From Octopus sinensis (lineage: Eukaryota), in the NCBI RefSeq assembly GCF_006345805.1, contig NC_043021.1:19220001-19284000 (forward strand): 64,000 nucleotides of DNA, in the 5' to 3' direction. Both the position numbers and the translations under genes were made by a program. Each line of letters opens with the position of its first letter. Position 1 is the first letter of the stretch. A model generated the notes under the pieces. It saw nothing but the letters and a program-made list of their open reading frames with translations. It ran no database searches and had not been told where the DNA came from. This document shows, in pieces, positions 25,619-38,016 of the stretch.

Positions 25619-26044
25619 TTAAACTGCAGGATCTTGTGCAATTATTTTAATAACCACTTGAAAGTAAATTTTCACCAGATTACTTTTGAAATGCAGTTTT
25701 GTATGCTGGTGATGAAAATCCATTTTTCTCTCCCTAGAAAAATAATGATAAAAAAGTTATAAGCATTTAGTGTAATGTAATTTTGGCCAATCGGAAGCCT
25801 CCAATCTTGGTGAAAATTTTAAATACTTCAAGTGGTTGAAAACACTGATTCCTTCATCACTGATCTGGAGTAACACAATAAGATCAATTGTGAACCATGT
25901 TATGCTTATCAAGGATTGGCTGTCAGTTGAAGATTCAGCTTGTCCTGATAAAAACTGTCCCAGTGACCATCCACAATGGTCAGCTATTCAGAATATACAG
26001 ATTGTCACTTGTGCTTAGTTGATTGTGCTGCAAGGCTGCATGTC

Positions 26045-26642
26045 TTATTTCTTGATTGCTCACAAAGGGCTAAACATAGAGGGGACAGACAGAGGGATTA
26101 AGTCGATTACATCGATCCCAGTGCATAACTGGTACTTAATTTATCGACCCCGAAAGGATGAAAGGCAAAGTCGACCTTGGCAGAATTTGAACTCAAAACA
26201 TAATGGCAGACGAAATACTTATTTCTTTACTGCCCACAAGGGGCTAAACATAGACGGGACAAACAAGGACTGAAATTTGGCGGGGGGGGGGCACTCAATT
26301 AGATCAACCCCAGTACGCAACTGGTACTTAATTTATCGACCCCCAAAAGGATGAAAGGCAAAGTTGACCTCAGCGGAATTTGAACTTAGAATGTAGTGGG
26401 AGATGAAATACCTATTTCTTTATTACTCACAAGGGGCTAAACATAGAGGGGACAAACAAGGACAGACAAAGGGATTAAGACGATTACATCGACCCTAGTG
26501 TGTAACTGGTACTTAATTTATCGACCCCGAAAGGATGAAAGGCAAAGTCGATCTCGGCGGAATTTGAACTCAGAACGTAACGGCAGACGAAATACCGCTA
26601 AGCATTTCGACCAGCATGCTAACATTTCTGCCAGCTCACCAC
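26045..26642 (-). mobile_element. SINE family B tandem multimer
   Basis: Three core/B-box units, one with the alternative cccccc/aaatttcag tail. Confidence 0.8.
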
Positions 26643-28463
26643 CTTATATCTTTTTATACAGATTTGCACATGCGTATCTATCAACATGGGACCCGTGAAC
26701 AGAAAGGTGCCTGATCCTAACACAATGCAGTGGTGGTTAGAAGCTTGCTTCCCAATCACACAGTTCTGGGTTCAGTCCCGCTGCATGGCACCTTGGCCAA
26801 ATGTCTTCTACTATAGCCTTGGGCCAACCAAAGCCTTGTGAGTGGAGTTGCTAGATGGAAACTGAAAGAAACCTGGTGTGTGTGTATATCTATATATTTG
26901 TGTGTGTCTTTGTGTCTGTGTTTGTCCCCCTGTCACCACTTGACAACCAGTGCTGGTGCATTTATGTCCCTGTAACTTGGCGGTTCGGCCAAAGAGACCA
27001 ATAGAATAAGTGCTCGGCTTAAAGAAATAAGTCCTGGGGCGGGGCAGAGGTGATTTCTTTCAACTAAAAAAACCCTTTGAGGTGGTGCCCCAGCATGGCT
27101 GCAGTCAAATGACCGAAACAAAAGATAATGTGTATTCTCTACAGGAAAAATTAAAAGCACTTTAAAAAAAGTATGTGGATGTGGAAGCTTTGCAGCTGTG
27201 GGCCTTATGTATAGCATCAATGAATTTACTGTTTCTTCCTTTTACAAAGTGTGTGGAAATGATTCATGTATCACTGCTTTTTGCTGTTTTTCTTTTGGGA
27301 GAAGAACCAAGCCCACATGATAAACGAGGCTAGTTTTAGAAGAAAAACAGACACAGTTTTGTTTATTTTGTGTCACCATCATCATCATTTAATGTCTGTT
27401 GTCCATGCTGGCATGTGTCGGGCATTTTGACCAAGGTTGGTTATCTGAGGGGCTGTACCCGACTCCAATCTGATTTGGCATGGTTTCTATGGCTGGATGC
27501 CATTCCTAACGCCAACCACTCTGAGAGTGTGTTATGGGTGCTTTTACATGCCACCAGCTCATGTACCAGTTGTGTGACACCAGTATCTACCACGACTACA
27601 ATTCCACTTGGCTTTGATGGGTTGGATTATGAATTATTTTTAAAATGACACTAATTTTACCTATTTTTTTGTGCAGAATGCAACTCTGGAAAATTTCCCT
27701 CGCTCCTTACAAATTTTTGTTTGATATTTTGTACATCAATACAGTGATTTTGTTATTAATCAGGCAACTACAGAAGAGGCTGTGCTTTGCTGAGGAGTTC
27801 TAATAAGACTGAAACATGATTGAAGTTGTCACCCCTACAAGCTAAAATCAGATATACCATATATCACCACTGCATAAGTACTTTATAATACTGAATTATT
27901 TACTCATTGAATTATGGTCTATATGGCTGGGTATTCCATAGACACTCGTTCATGGCATAATCTTCAGGAAGATTCAGTGTCACATCATGGTTTCTTGTAT
28001 CACAACTTCAGTCTATCTGACAGGTTTTTGCATAGCACCCTTTGATCCTTTTTCACTTGTAGGGCTTAGGAGGGTTATGACGAAGGATACTTGCCCGAGT
28101 GCCACCCAGTTGGATGTAGCTGAAGACATCCAGGATGCGGAGTAAAATTTGTTTCCTAACCACATGGTTTCAGGTTCAGTCCCACTACATGGCACCTTGG
28201 GCAAGTGTCTTCTACTGTAGCCTTGTGAGTGGATTTGGTAGATGGAAACTGAAAGACGCCTGTTGTATGTGTCTGTAAGCACCCATGATGGTGGCACGTG
28301 TAAAGCGCCCATTACACTCTTGGAGTGGTTGGCATTAGGAAGGGCATCCAGACTGGAACCTGGTGCAGCTCTCTGGCTTACCAGTTCCAGTCAAACTGTC
28401 TAACCCATGTCAGCATGGAAAGCAGATGTTAAATGATGATTGATATATATATATATATATATT

Positions 28464-28805
28464 AGGACCCCCTTCAGTCACGACACAGACAATGGGATTG
28501 CACCTAGAAAGTTACCCTCCCAGGCACAAGTCCGGGCAAGGTTGTTTATGGAAGACCAGCAGTCGCCCATGCATACCGGCCTCCCCTCTCCACGCCACTG
28601 ATGTTATCCAAGAGAAAGGCAAAGGGGCCGATACAGCTTGGCACCAGTGACGATGTCGCAACTCATTTCTACATCTGAGTGAAGTGGAGCAACGTGAAAT
28701 AAGGTATTTTGCTCAAGAACACAACACGCAGCCCGGTCTGGGATTCGAGCTCACAACCTCACGATCGTAAGCTCGACGCTCTAACCACTGAGCCAGGTGC
28801 CTTCA
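28464..28805 (-). mobile_element. SINE with D-like head and body I
   Basis: Body ...gccaagctgtatcggcccctttgcc...; other copies at about 36900-37150(-), 45820-46152(+), 59622-59785(-). Confidence 0.78.
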
Positions 28806-29176
28806 CATATATATATATATATATATATATAAGCAGAAGATGGAGAAAAATTTAGATCAACAAACAAATTGACCAACATCGGTTAATTATTTTTTAATAC
28901 AAGACATAACTGATGTTGGTTTGTTGATCAAAAGTTTTCTTCATTTTCTGCTTATTTAAACAGGTGAGGATTGGCAACAGGAAGGGCATCCAGATGTAGA
29001 AAAGATCTGCCTCAGCAAATTCTGTCCAACCCATGCAAGCATGGAAAAGCACAATGCATTAAAATGATGATTACCAATGCAATAGAAAAATGAGAATGTT
29101 AACTCAGTGTCGTATAATATTAGACATTGAGCTAACAATTTCTTCTCGTTGCATAAGTATTATTAATTAATTAGTT

Positions 29177-29688
29177 TAAGGCAGCGAGCTGGCAGGATTG
29201 TTAGCACGCTGGACAAAATGCTTATCGGTATTTTTGCCCGTTGGCAGAAATGTTAGCACGCCAGGCGAAATGTTTAGCGGTATTTTGTCTGCCGTTACGT
29301 TCTGAGTTCAAATTCCGCCGAGGTCAACTTTGCCTTTCATCCTTTTGGGGTCGATTAAATAAGTACCAGTTACACACTGGGGTTGACGTAATCGACTTCA
29401 TCCGTTTGTCTGTCCTTGTTTGTCCCTTCTGTGTTTAGCCCCTTGTGGGTAGTAAAGAAATAGGTATTTCGTCTGCCGTACGTTCTGAGTTCAAATTCCG
29501 CCGAGGTTGACTTTGCCTTTCATCTTTTCGGGGTCGATAAATTAAGTACCAGTTACACACTGGGGTTGATATAATCGAATCAATCCGTTTGTCTGTCCTT
29601 GTTTGTCCTCTCTGTGTTTAGCCCCTTGTGGGTAGCAAAGAAATAGGTATTTTTGCCCATTAGTACATTCTGAGTTCAAATTCCACCA
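29177..29688 (+). mobile_element. SINE B dimer nested in another SINE B head
   Basis: TSD ggtatttttgccc at 29227-29239 and 29646-29658. Confidence 0.8.
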
Positions 29689-30454
29689 AGGAATTTGTGC
29701 TTGAGAAGATATGTGAAATAATATGTACCATATTTTTCGGCATATATGTCAAATTTTTCAGACAAAAATTTACAGCCCCCAAAAAGGTAGATGTACTAAT
29801 ACAGCATTGGTTGGACAGAATTTGCTGAGGTAGAATTTTTTTCTACATCTTAACCATTTTGTGAAATCAGTCACTGATTCCATTGGCATTCTCCATAATA
29901 TTGACAGCTGTGATGGAGTGACCATTATTGATGAGTCTTAATTTCCTGTACGAAATTAGCATTTTAATCTAATGCATCTCGCTCGCAGTGGCGAGGGTTA
30001 CAAAGAGACCATGTGCTTTTGTGGCTAAGGAGTCTACGACTACTATTTCTAGCAGTGCTGGTGCTCACTGCACCCTTGTCTCTCTTAGTGATGGTGAATT
30101 ATTTCCTTGTTGGTTTTAAATTGCTGGTAACCACCTTGATTATTATATAAAGTTAATCCAAACAAGAAAACACAAAAAAACAACACAACAACGCGAGGAT
30201 GTGGAACAAATATAGTATTATTGGACGCTCAGGAAAGAAGGAGGGTTTAACGTTTCAAGCGGAGCTCTTCGTCGGAAACATAGGAGAAGGAAAGATCCAG
30301 AAAAGGGAAGACAGAGGGAAAAAAAATCGCCAACAGTACACACGAGGTCACATTTTGATTATTATATATATATGTGTGTGTGTGTGTGTGTAATTTTAAG
30401 TTTTGAACTTTACAACGTATGTCTCTTGACAATTTAACATTTTTTAATTACAGA

Positions 30455-31880
30455 TTGCTTAAGCATGTCCCCAGGGTAGCAACCACTGCAGACTGTTGGT
30501 AGGCCCACAACAGGACCTACCTGGGGATGACAAAGGTGGTAGTTTCCCATATATTTGCATTTTGGTTGTGAAAGGTAAGAGAGTCCAGTTTGCTGAACAT
30601 TGTTGTAGAGCTGAAAAAGAGGTAATTTCTACTCTTCTCCTCTGGAAGCCATCTACTCGCAATACCAGAGGGCGCACACTCTCCTACCCTGATGTAATCT
30701 CCAGGGATACAGGCATCCAGCAACAGGACCTCCGTAATGCCATGATGGACTGTGAAGTCTGGCGTAGCATGGTAAATTCCATTGTCTCGACCACGGTCGA
30801 AAAATGATGATGATGATGGGGATGACAGCACAGTGGCTGGGCCCCAAGACCCGCACAAGACAACACCCCATCCTGGCCTGCTCTCAGCTCAGAGAACATC
30901 CCACCTCTGATGTTCTCACCCAGGCCATGGTAGACACCCATTTCAAGTTCCATCTTCAAAACAAGATGACTAGGACCACGATGGACAACGGCTAGAAACT
31001 TTGTCATAGCATTTATGCAGTTTGGTACAGAAGTCGATCTCTTGCCAGACATTGCTGAGGCTGCTGCCAATCTGGATGTGGAGGGTGTTGAGGATGTGGA
31101 CTTGGATGTGGATCCTGAGGCTGGGGATGTGGACGAAGTTGAGTACATCTCTGTTGATGTCATCCTTAACAAGTCCAGCTGCCTGGGCCTAAACCTGCCA
31201 GTACACATGAAGTGCACAGCCTGTACCTTCAACTTGGTAGCCAGCATGGATGCTGACAAGGCTCTTGACAGTGCTTTTTTCAAGTTAGTCTACAGGAAGG
31301 CCATGCCTAAGGTACAGTTGGCTGTAGAATCTGAAGAGACACAGCACAGTGGCGGCAGACAGCATTCTGGGCATGTTGAAGAGGAGACTGGTGGTCCCCA
31401 ACAGTACCAGAAGGAACTCTACCTATTTCTTTAATACCCACAAGGGGCTAAACACAGAGAAGACAAACAAGGACAAACGGATTAAGTCGATTATATCGAC
31501 CCCGGTGCGTAACTGGTACTTATTTAATCAACCCCGAAAGGATGAAAGGCAAAGTCGACCTCGGCGGAATTTGAACTCAGAATGTAATGGCAGACGAAAT
31601 ACGGCTACGCATTTCGCCCGGCATGCTAACGATTCTGCCAGCTCCTTCCCAGAAGGAACTCTACCTATGACTATGTTGTTGTCCTCAACAACCTGCTGGA
31701 GAAGAATAGGGGAGCTGCCCACAGGATGTTGACACAGTTGGAGCTGCAGACCCTCACTGATTCTGATGTCGGCTTCCTGACAGCATACACCCAGATGATG
31801 TCTAATGTTGCCAAGGCCTTGGATAAAATCCAGGGGGAGGACCAGGCTTATCTCGGGTGCCTTCTGCCAACTAGCAGCTA
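30455..31880 (+). pseudogene. Disrupted hAT-superfamily transposase
   Basis: VATTADCW*AHNRTYLGMT|AQWL, TMDNG, CTACTFNLVASMDADKAL, VPNSTRRNSTY, FLTAYTQMMSNVAKALDKIQGEDQAYLGCLLPT; interrupted by a LINE (30533-30816) and a SINE B (about 31427-31648). Confidence 0.88.
30533..30816 (+). mobile_element. RTE/RTEX-like LINE 3' end with 5' inversion and 11-bp TSD
   Basis: Same family as 2385-2844; TSD tggggatgaca at 30522-30532 and 30817-30827; (gat)n tail. Confidence 0.88.
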
Positions 31881-32243
31881 CCGTCATGAAGCTGTATTGT
31901 TAATGTTTATCTCTAAGTCAGATCTATATTCAAACATATCTTCTTGTTGTGTGTCCAGTGAGTCCTCTCTTTTCTTTTTTACGAAGTCAGGCTAGGAATT
32001 GAGGAAGATTTGGCTGTTTTTTTCTAGACAGTCAAGCAATCACATAGAGGCTGCTTTACCAACACATTCTTCTCTTTATGTAGTGTCTGATGGAGTCTAT
32101 ACCTTTCAAGGGAATTGGAGCTATGTGGAATAAATGTCATGAAACAGTTCTATATTTAAGAGATGAGGAATTATGTACATTATTTACATTTGATGGATAT
32201 TTGTCCTCATCTTGTTTGTTGTTAACACATTTTGGCTGATATA

Positions 32244-32478
32244 CCTATTTCTTTACTACCCACAAGGGGTTAAACACAGAGGGGACAAACAAGGACAGAC
32301 AAACGGATTAAGTCGATTATATCAACCCCAGTGCGTAACTGGTACTTAATTTATCGACCCCGAAAGGATGAAAGGCAAAGTCGACCTCGGCGGAATTTGA
32401 ACTCAGAACGTAACGACAGACGAAATACCGCTAAGTATTTTGCCTCCCGTGCTAACGTTTCTGCCAGCTCGCCACCTT
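32244..32478 (-). mobile_element. SINE family B monomer with 15-bp TSD
   Basis: TSD tttggctgatatacc at 32231-32245 and 32477-32491. Confidence 0.88.
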
Positions 32479-32932
32479 TGGCTGATATACCCTCCAGCCT
32501 TCAGTCTTGGGGAAATTTCGAACCTGGGTTCTCATTCCTAAGGTATTTTTCGATGTTATTATTATTATTATTATTCAGGTCACTGCCTGGAATCGAACTC
32601 GGAATCTTGGGGTTAGTAGCCCACGCTCTTAACCACAATGCCATATGCCCACGGGCATATGGCGTAGTGGTTAAGATACATTAAAAAACTGAACTCACAT
32701 CCACTGTCTTGGGTTTCCCAGAAACAGAATGCTTGTTGATTGTTCTGTCTCTTCTTAAGCGAAATATCTGAACAGATTCTTAACCTAGTTTGTCAGACTA
32801 ACTTTGATTTGGTTTCATTGGAAAGTAGGTCTATGTGATAATAACGTCTTGCAACACAACAATAGATGAATATTCATTAAAAACTTAATGTATATATCGT
32901 TTTGTTCCTCTGGTATGCTATGTATTCGTGCA

Positions 32933-33020
32933 GGAGAGAAGCCATATCACTGTGAAATCTGTGGAAAATTCATTCTCTCAAAAGTTTAATTTAAGTTCAC
33001 ATATAAGTATTCATGCAGAA
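32933..33020 (+). pseudogene. Single frameshifted C2H2 zinc-finger unit
   Basis: GEKPYHCEICGK, +1 frameshift, then SFSQKFNLSSHISIHAE; preceded by a possible acceptor gtgcag. Confidence 0.75.
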
Positions 33021-33052
33021 CAATTAACTGTATGAATGTATTGCACTTTGCT

Positions 33053-33797
33053 TCATTTATCACTGATTCATCCATCATTGATCTGGTTGGTAACATGGTA
33101 CACTCAATTGTGAACCATTGTACACTTACCACCGATTGATCTGTGAGAACATGGGTCAGCAGTCAGTTGAAGATACTGTTTGTGCTTCAGCGTATTCAAC
33201 TGCAATACGCGTTGCCTCATTTATCACTGATTCATACATCACTGATATGGTCGGTAACATGGTACACTCAATTGTGAACCATGTTTCTCTTACCACTGAT
33301 TGATCTGTGAGAACATGGGTCAGCAGTCGGTTGAAGATACTGTTTGTGCTTCAGTGTAACAATCCAACAGCAATACACGTTGCCTCATTTATCACTGATT
33401 CATTCATCACTGATTGATCTGTGAGAACATGGATCAGCAGTCAGTTAAAGATACTGTTTGTGCTTCAGTGTAACAATTCAACAGCAATACATATTGCCTC
33501 ATTTATCACTGATTCGTCCATCACTGATCTGGTTGGTAACATGGTACACTCAATTGCGAACCATGTTTCACTTACCACTGACTGATCTGTGAGACCATGG
33601 GTCAGCAGTCAGTTGAAGATACTGTTTGTGCTTCAGTGTAACAATTCAGCAGCAATGCACGTTGCCTCATTTATCACTGATTCATCCATCACTGATCTGG
33701 TGGGTAACATGGTACACTCAATTGCGAACCATGTTACACTGATCACTGATTGATCTGTGAGAACATGGGTCAACAGTCAGTTGAAGACACTGCTTGT
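33053..33797. repeat. About 168-bp tandem repeat, 5 units
   Basis: Units start 33053, 33217, 33385 (54-bp deletion), 33499, 33667 (partial). Confidence 0.92.
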
Positions 33798-34558
33798 AAT
33801 TCAAAAACACAGGACTATTATTAAAGACCTTCCAGGCATGCCCATCTTGTCTTTTTCCTAGATACAGTGAATTTAGGACCACATGATACCATATCCTCTA
33901 TTCCTTAGGTGGTAGCGCACTGGTTCTTAATTTCTTCTTTGACTTTGCGGTAGACCGGAGACCAAATAGAAAATATACTGACGCACTTTGCATAAGGAAT
34001 TCCTATCGGTCATTTCTAATTTGAGTAACTAAAAGTTTAACGAAATATTTAATAAAATTCTTGACTTTAAAAAATTGGAACTTTAAAGTAGCAAGTATGC
34101 TAGGCATGATGGCAGTCTCTTCATGTCCAAAGAGCATGAGGAAGGGCACCACCATGCTGGAGCACCACCTTGAAGGGTCTTAGTTGTACAAATCAACCCA
34201 AGTGCTTTTGTTTTTAGTCTAGTACTTATTCTATTGCACTGTTTAGCTTGACCCTTTCGTTACTGTATTTATTTCGAGATGCTCCGTGTTTCTTTCAATT
34301 ACTTTAAATATAACACAGAATTTAGTAAAATAACTTAGTTATCATTAAGCTAGTGTTAGGAACATAAATTGTGACTAAGGTTTGGTGGAAGATTTTAATT
34401 AAAAACTTATGGAAACAAGACATTTGTAGTCAGAGCCAGAGCCAGTTTCAACCGGGTTGGTAACAAAAGGGTTAATCACTAAGATATTGGGACATAAACA
34501 AACCAACTCTGGCAGTGAGGGACACAAACACAGTCTAACACACAAGACACGTCCCACT

Positions 34559-35031
34559 CTAATCTCCTTCAAAGTAGGGTCCTCTAATTTTAATGCACTT
34601 GTTGTAGCTTTTCAACCACTTTGTGAAGGCCCCATAGAAAACCTTCAAAGTGAAGGGGTCTAGGACCTTTGTCACAGCCTCCTTCATCTTGAAATCAATT
34701 CTAGGGAAACGACCAAAAGTCATAGGGAGGAAAGTTTGATCTGTAGGGATAGTAAGGGGCAGTTTTGATGCCCATTTCTATCAATTTCCCAGGATGCTTA
34801 TCATTGAGCACCTTGCGAACAAACTTTGCACGAACGTCGTGCAGGTTTGGATCTTCATTAATAATTCTGTGCGCAGGAGTGGCTGTGTGGTAAGTAGCTT
34901 GCTAACCAACCACATGGTTCCGGGTTCAGTCCCACTGCGTGGCATCTTGGGCAAGTGTCTTCTGCTATGGCCCCGGGCCGACCAAAGCCTTGTGAGTGGA
35001 TTTGGTAGAAGGAAACTGAAAGAAGCCCGTC

Positions 35032-35068
<37 letters not shown>

Positions 35069-35275
35069 TCTGTGTGTATATGTTTGTGCGTCTGTGTTTG
35101 TCCCCCTAGCATTGCTTGACAACCGATGCTGGTGTGTTTACGTCCCCGTCACTTAGCGGTTCGGCAAAAGAGACCGATAGAATAAGTACTGGGCTTACAA
35201 AGAATAAGTCCCGGGGTCGATTTGCTCGACTAAAGACGGTGCTCCAGCATGGCCGCAGTCAAATGACTGAAACAA

Positions 35276-35306
<31 letters not shown>

Positions 35307-35745
35307 TTGCCACGCCAACAGACACATGATGTCCTTCACCCAGAAAATTGCGAATTTTCTGAATCACTCCTACATCTCTCATTGTCTCTCACCTCCTCTC
35401 TCTATCCTCCTTGAAACTCTTGTACCAGTGGGGAAAAAGAACAACCCCAGTCTGGAGCATTTCATAAGTTCCTGCAGCATTTTTGCCCAGCTTAACACAA
35501 AACTTTATTGCATAGCATGCTTCCAAATGTCCCGACTGCTTCCTGCAAGCTCGTCAGCTGTGATAAGCCGTGTTTTGTGGGTTGTATACAGATTGCTGTT
35601 AAAGTGCTGTCCTTCAATCTGGAATAACAAAAGAGTTGATTGGTCAGCTTATTGGGTGTATAATTACGACATACTAGAATTACAGAAATCTAGGACAGTT
35701 ACAACTGCCCCGCCCAAACAAAATCTCAGAACTTATGGAATATAC
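34559..35745 (-). mobile_element. Internally deleted mariner element, interrupted by a SINE A
   Basis: YAIKFCVKLGKNAAGTYEMLQT..WYKSFKEDRE; RIINED..VRAKFVRKVL; KWLKSYNKCIKIRGPYFEGD*; TIR-like ataagttctgagatt near 35722-35737. Confidence 0.75.
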
Positions 35746-35970
35746 TCTGTGTGTGTGAGTGTATTAGTATTTAGTAGGAGCAGCAGTGTGACTCAAGGTA
35801 TGAGAGCTTTGTGCGTCGGCACTTATCAAACTTTGATGAGTTCTGTAAGTGCCAACCCGAAAAACTCTCGGCCCGTGAGTCACTCAGTTGTTTCTGCTAA
35901 GGATTAATAAAACTATACTCATACACATATTTAGAGTTCTATTTCTTCTGCTTGCATCACCATACTTACA

Positions 35971-36322
35971 TATATATATTATATTAAATTAGAGATAAAA
36001 CCACTATTAGGCAAATCAGTGAAAATCATAAACCGATACATAGAAATTAATAAATAAAAAATATATAAAATATAAAATTCAAAACTTAAAATATTTTAAT
36101 TAAAGTTAATATATATATATATATATTTAAAAATTTATAAGTATAAATTATTAATTTAAATAGTTTTTAAAATTTTAACTTTAATTTAAATATTTTAAAT
36201 TTTGAATTTTATATTTTATATATTTTTTATTAATTAATTTTATTTCTATGTATTGGTTTATGATTTTCACTGTTTGAGTTGCCTAATAGTGGTTTTATCT
36301 CTAATTTAATATAATATATATA
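35971..36322. repeat. AT-rich long inverted repeat (fold-back element)
   Basis: About 140-bp arms: aaattagagataaaaccactattaggca... / ...tgcctaatagtggttttatctctaattt. Confidence 0.85.
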
Positions 36323-36850
36323 TATATATATATTTATACTATAAAATTAGATTTAATCCTAAATCTAATTTTTCCCTGTAAGTTTGGATTTACTCCCTAA
36401 TATTATTATTATTAATTATATATATATATATATATATGTGCGTGTGTGTATATATATATGTGTGTGTGGAGGTGCAATGGCCCAGTGGTTAGGGCAGCGG
36501 ACTCACGGTTGTAGGATCGCGGTTTCGATTCCGAGGCCAGGCGTTGTGAGTGTTTATTGAGCGAAAACACCTAAAGCTCCACGAGGCTCCGGCAGGGAGT
36601 GGTGGCGATCTCTGCTGTACTCTTTCGCCACAACTTTCTCTCACTCTTTCTTCCGTTGGCCTGCTTGCTTAGCCAGCGGGGTGGCGTCATTTGAAGGCTA
36701 AAACAATGCGAAGCGCATTGTGACCGGTGATGTGTAGCAACATCTGATAGCCTGGACGGTCATGGTGATATATGTATGTGTGTGTGTATGTATATGTGTG
36801 TATGTATGTGTGTATATGTATGTGTGTGTATATATATGTGTGTGTGTGTG

Positions 36851-36898
<48 letters not shown>

Positions 36899-37399
36899 TG
36901 ACTCCATTGGTCATGAATGATCATGGGTGCCCCTAAGAGGTTTCCCTCTGGGCTACAGGTCTGGGTGGAAAGACAAAGGATGATACAGCTGGCACCAGTG
37001 ACTTCACAGTTCATTTCTACAGCTGAGTGAACTTGAGCAACGTGAAATAAAGTCTCTTGCTCAAGAACACAACATGCAGCTCAGTCCAGGAATTTAACTT
37101 GCAACCTCACAATTGTAAGCTCAATACTCTAACCACTGAGCCATGTGCCTTCACTTATATATATATATATATATATATATATAACTCTTTTACTTGTTTC
37201 AGTCATTTCATTGCTGCCGTGCTGGAGCACCGCCTTTAGTCGAACAAATCGACCCCCAAGACTTATATCTTTGTAAGCCTAGTACTTATTCTATTGGCCC
37301 CTGTTGCCAAACCACTAAGTTACAAGGACATAAACACACCAATATCGGTTGTCAAGCGATGTTGGAGGGACAAACACAGACACACAAACATATACACAA

Positions 37400-37434
<35 letters not shown>

Positions 37435-37435
<1 letters not shown>

Positions 37436-37811
37436 CTATATAAACGGCAGTTTGTCTGTGCGTGTTTCTGTGTGTCTGTTTTCTCGTACCCTCACTCTGA
37501 CCACGGCTTTCAACCGATTCTGATGAAACTTGACACACACATAGCCCAATGTCATAATTCAAAACTAACGCAGCGAAAATTTTGGAAAGTTCCCCCAGTT
37601 CTGAAAAAAATCGATAAATTCGACATGGGGTCGAGAACCAGAAACCCAAACCACAGACCGTCTAGGGGACGCAACTCCACCTTTTTAACTCTCAAAAAAA
37701 TTTACCATCATTTTTTCCCCATTTTTTTGCTATTTTTTGGCTATAACTCTCTAAAAATGCTTTATAGTTATTTCCCTTACAAACCTGAGCAACGCCGGGC
37801 GATACTGCTAG
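37435..37811 (+). mobile_element. Non-autonomous Helitron inserted in the TA linker of a SINE A
   Basis: A|TC start; same 3' end as 13504-13894 (aaacc(c/t)gagcaac(a/g)ccgggcgatactgCTAG|T). Confidence 0.8.
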
Positions 37812-37981
37812 TATATAAATAAAACAGGCTTCTTTGATGTGGTAGCATCTGTCCCCTTGATAGATGTTAATCCCACATGTTGTTGTAATTATTGTTTTGT
37901 TGTGGGTTTTTTTGTGTGTGCTGTAACTTGTCCTTCAGTATTGTCCTCCAATGTCTTGGGCCCTTGTGGACAATAAAAGAA

Positions 37982-38016
<35 letters not shown>

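Noticed and set aside
25652-25837. About 30-bp imperfect inverted repeats suggesting a MITE (similar weak cases at about 42540-42785 and 43172-43232)
   Set aside because: Too degenerate, no TSD; cannot be classified.
27677-28145. Acceptor-like sites and short open frames in unique sequence
   Set aside because: No matching donors or recognisable protein.
29880-30110. Possible snoRNA or structured RNA (small ctcgc/gcgag hairpin)
   Set aside because: No convincing C/D or H/ACA box arrangement.
35116-35907. 263-aa + strand ORF
   Set aside because: Chance read-through of a SINE tail, the antisense of a mariner relic and flanking DNA; no domain recognised.
35559-35961. Possible solo LTR (TG...CA, AATAAA)
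   Set aside because: No TSD, and the left part is better explained as the mariner 5' region.
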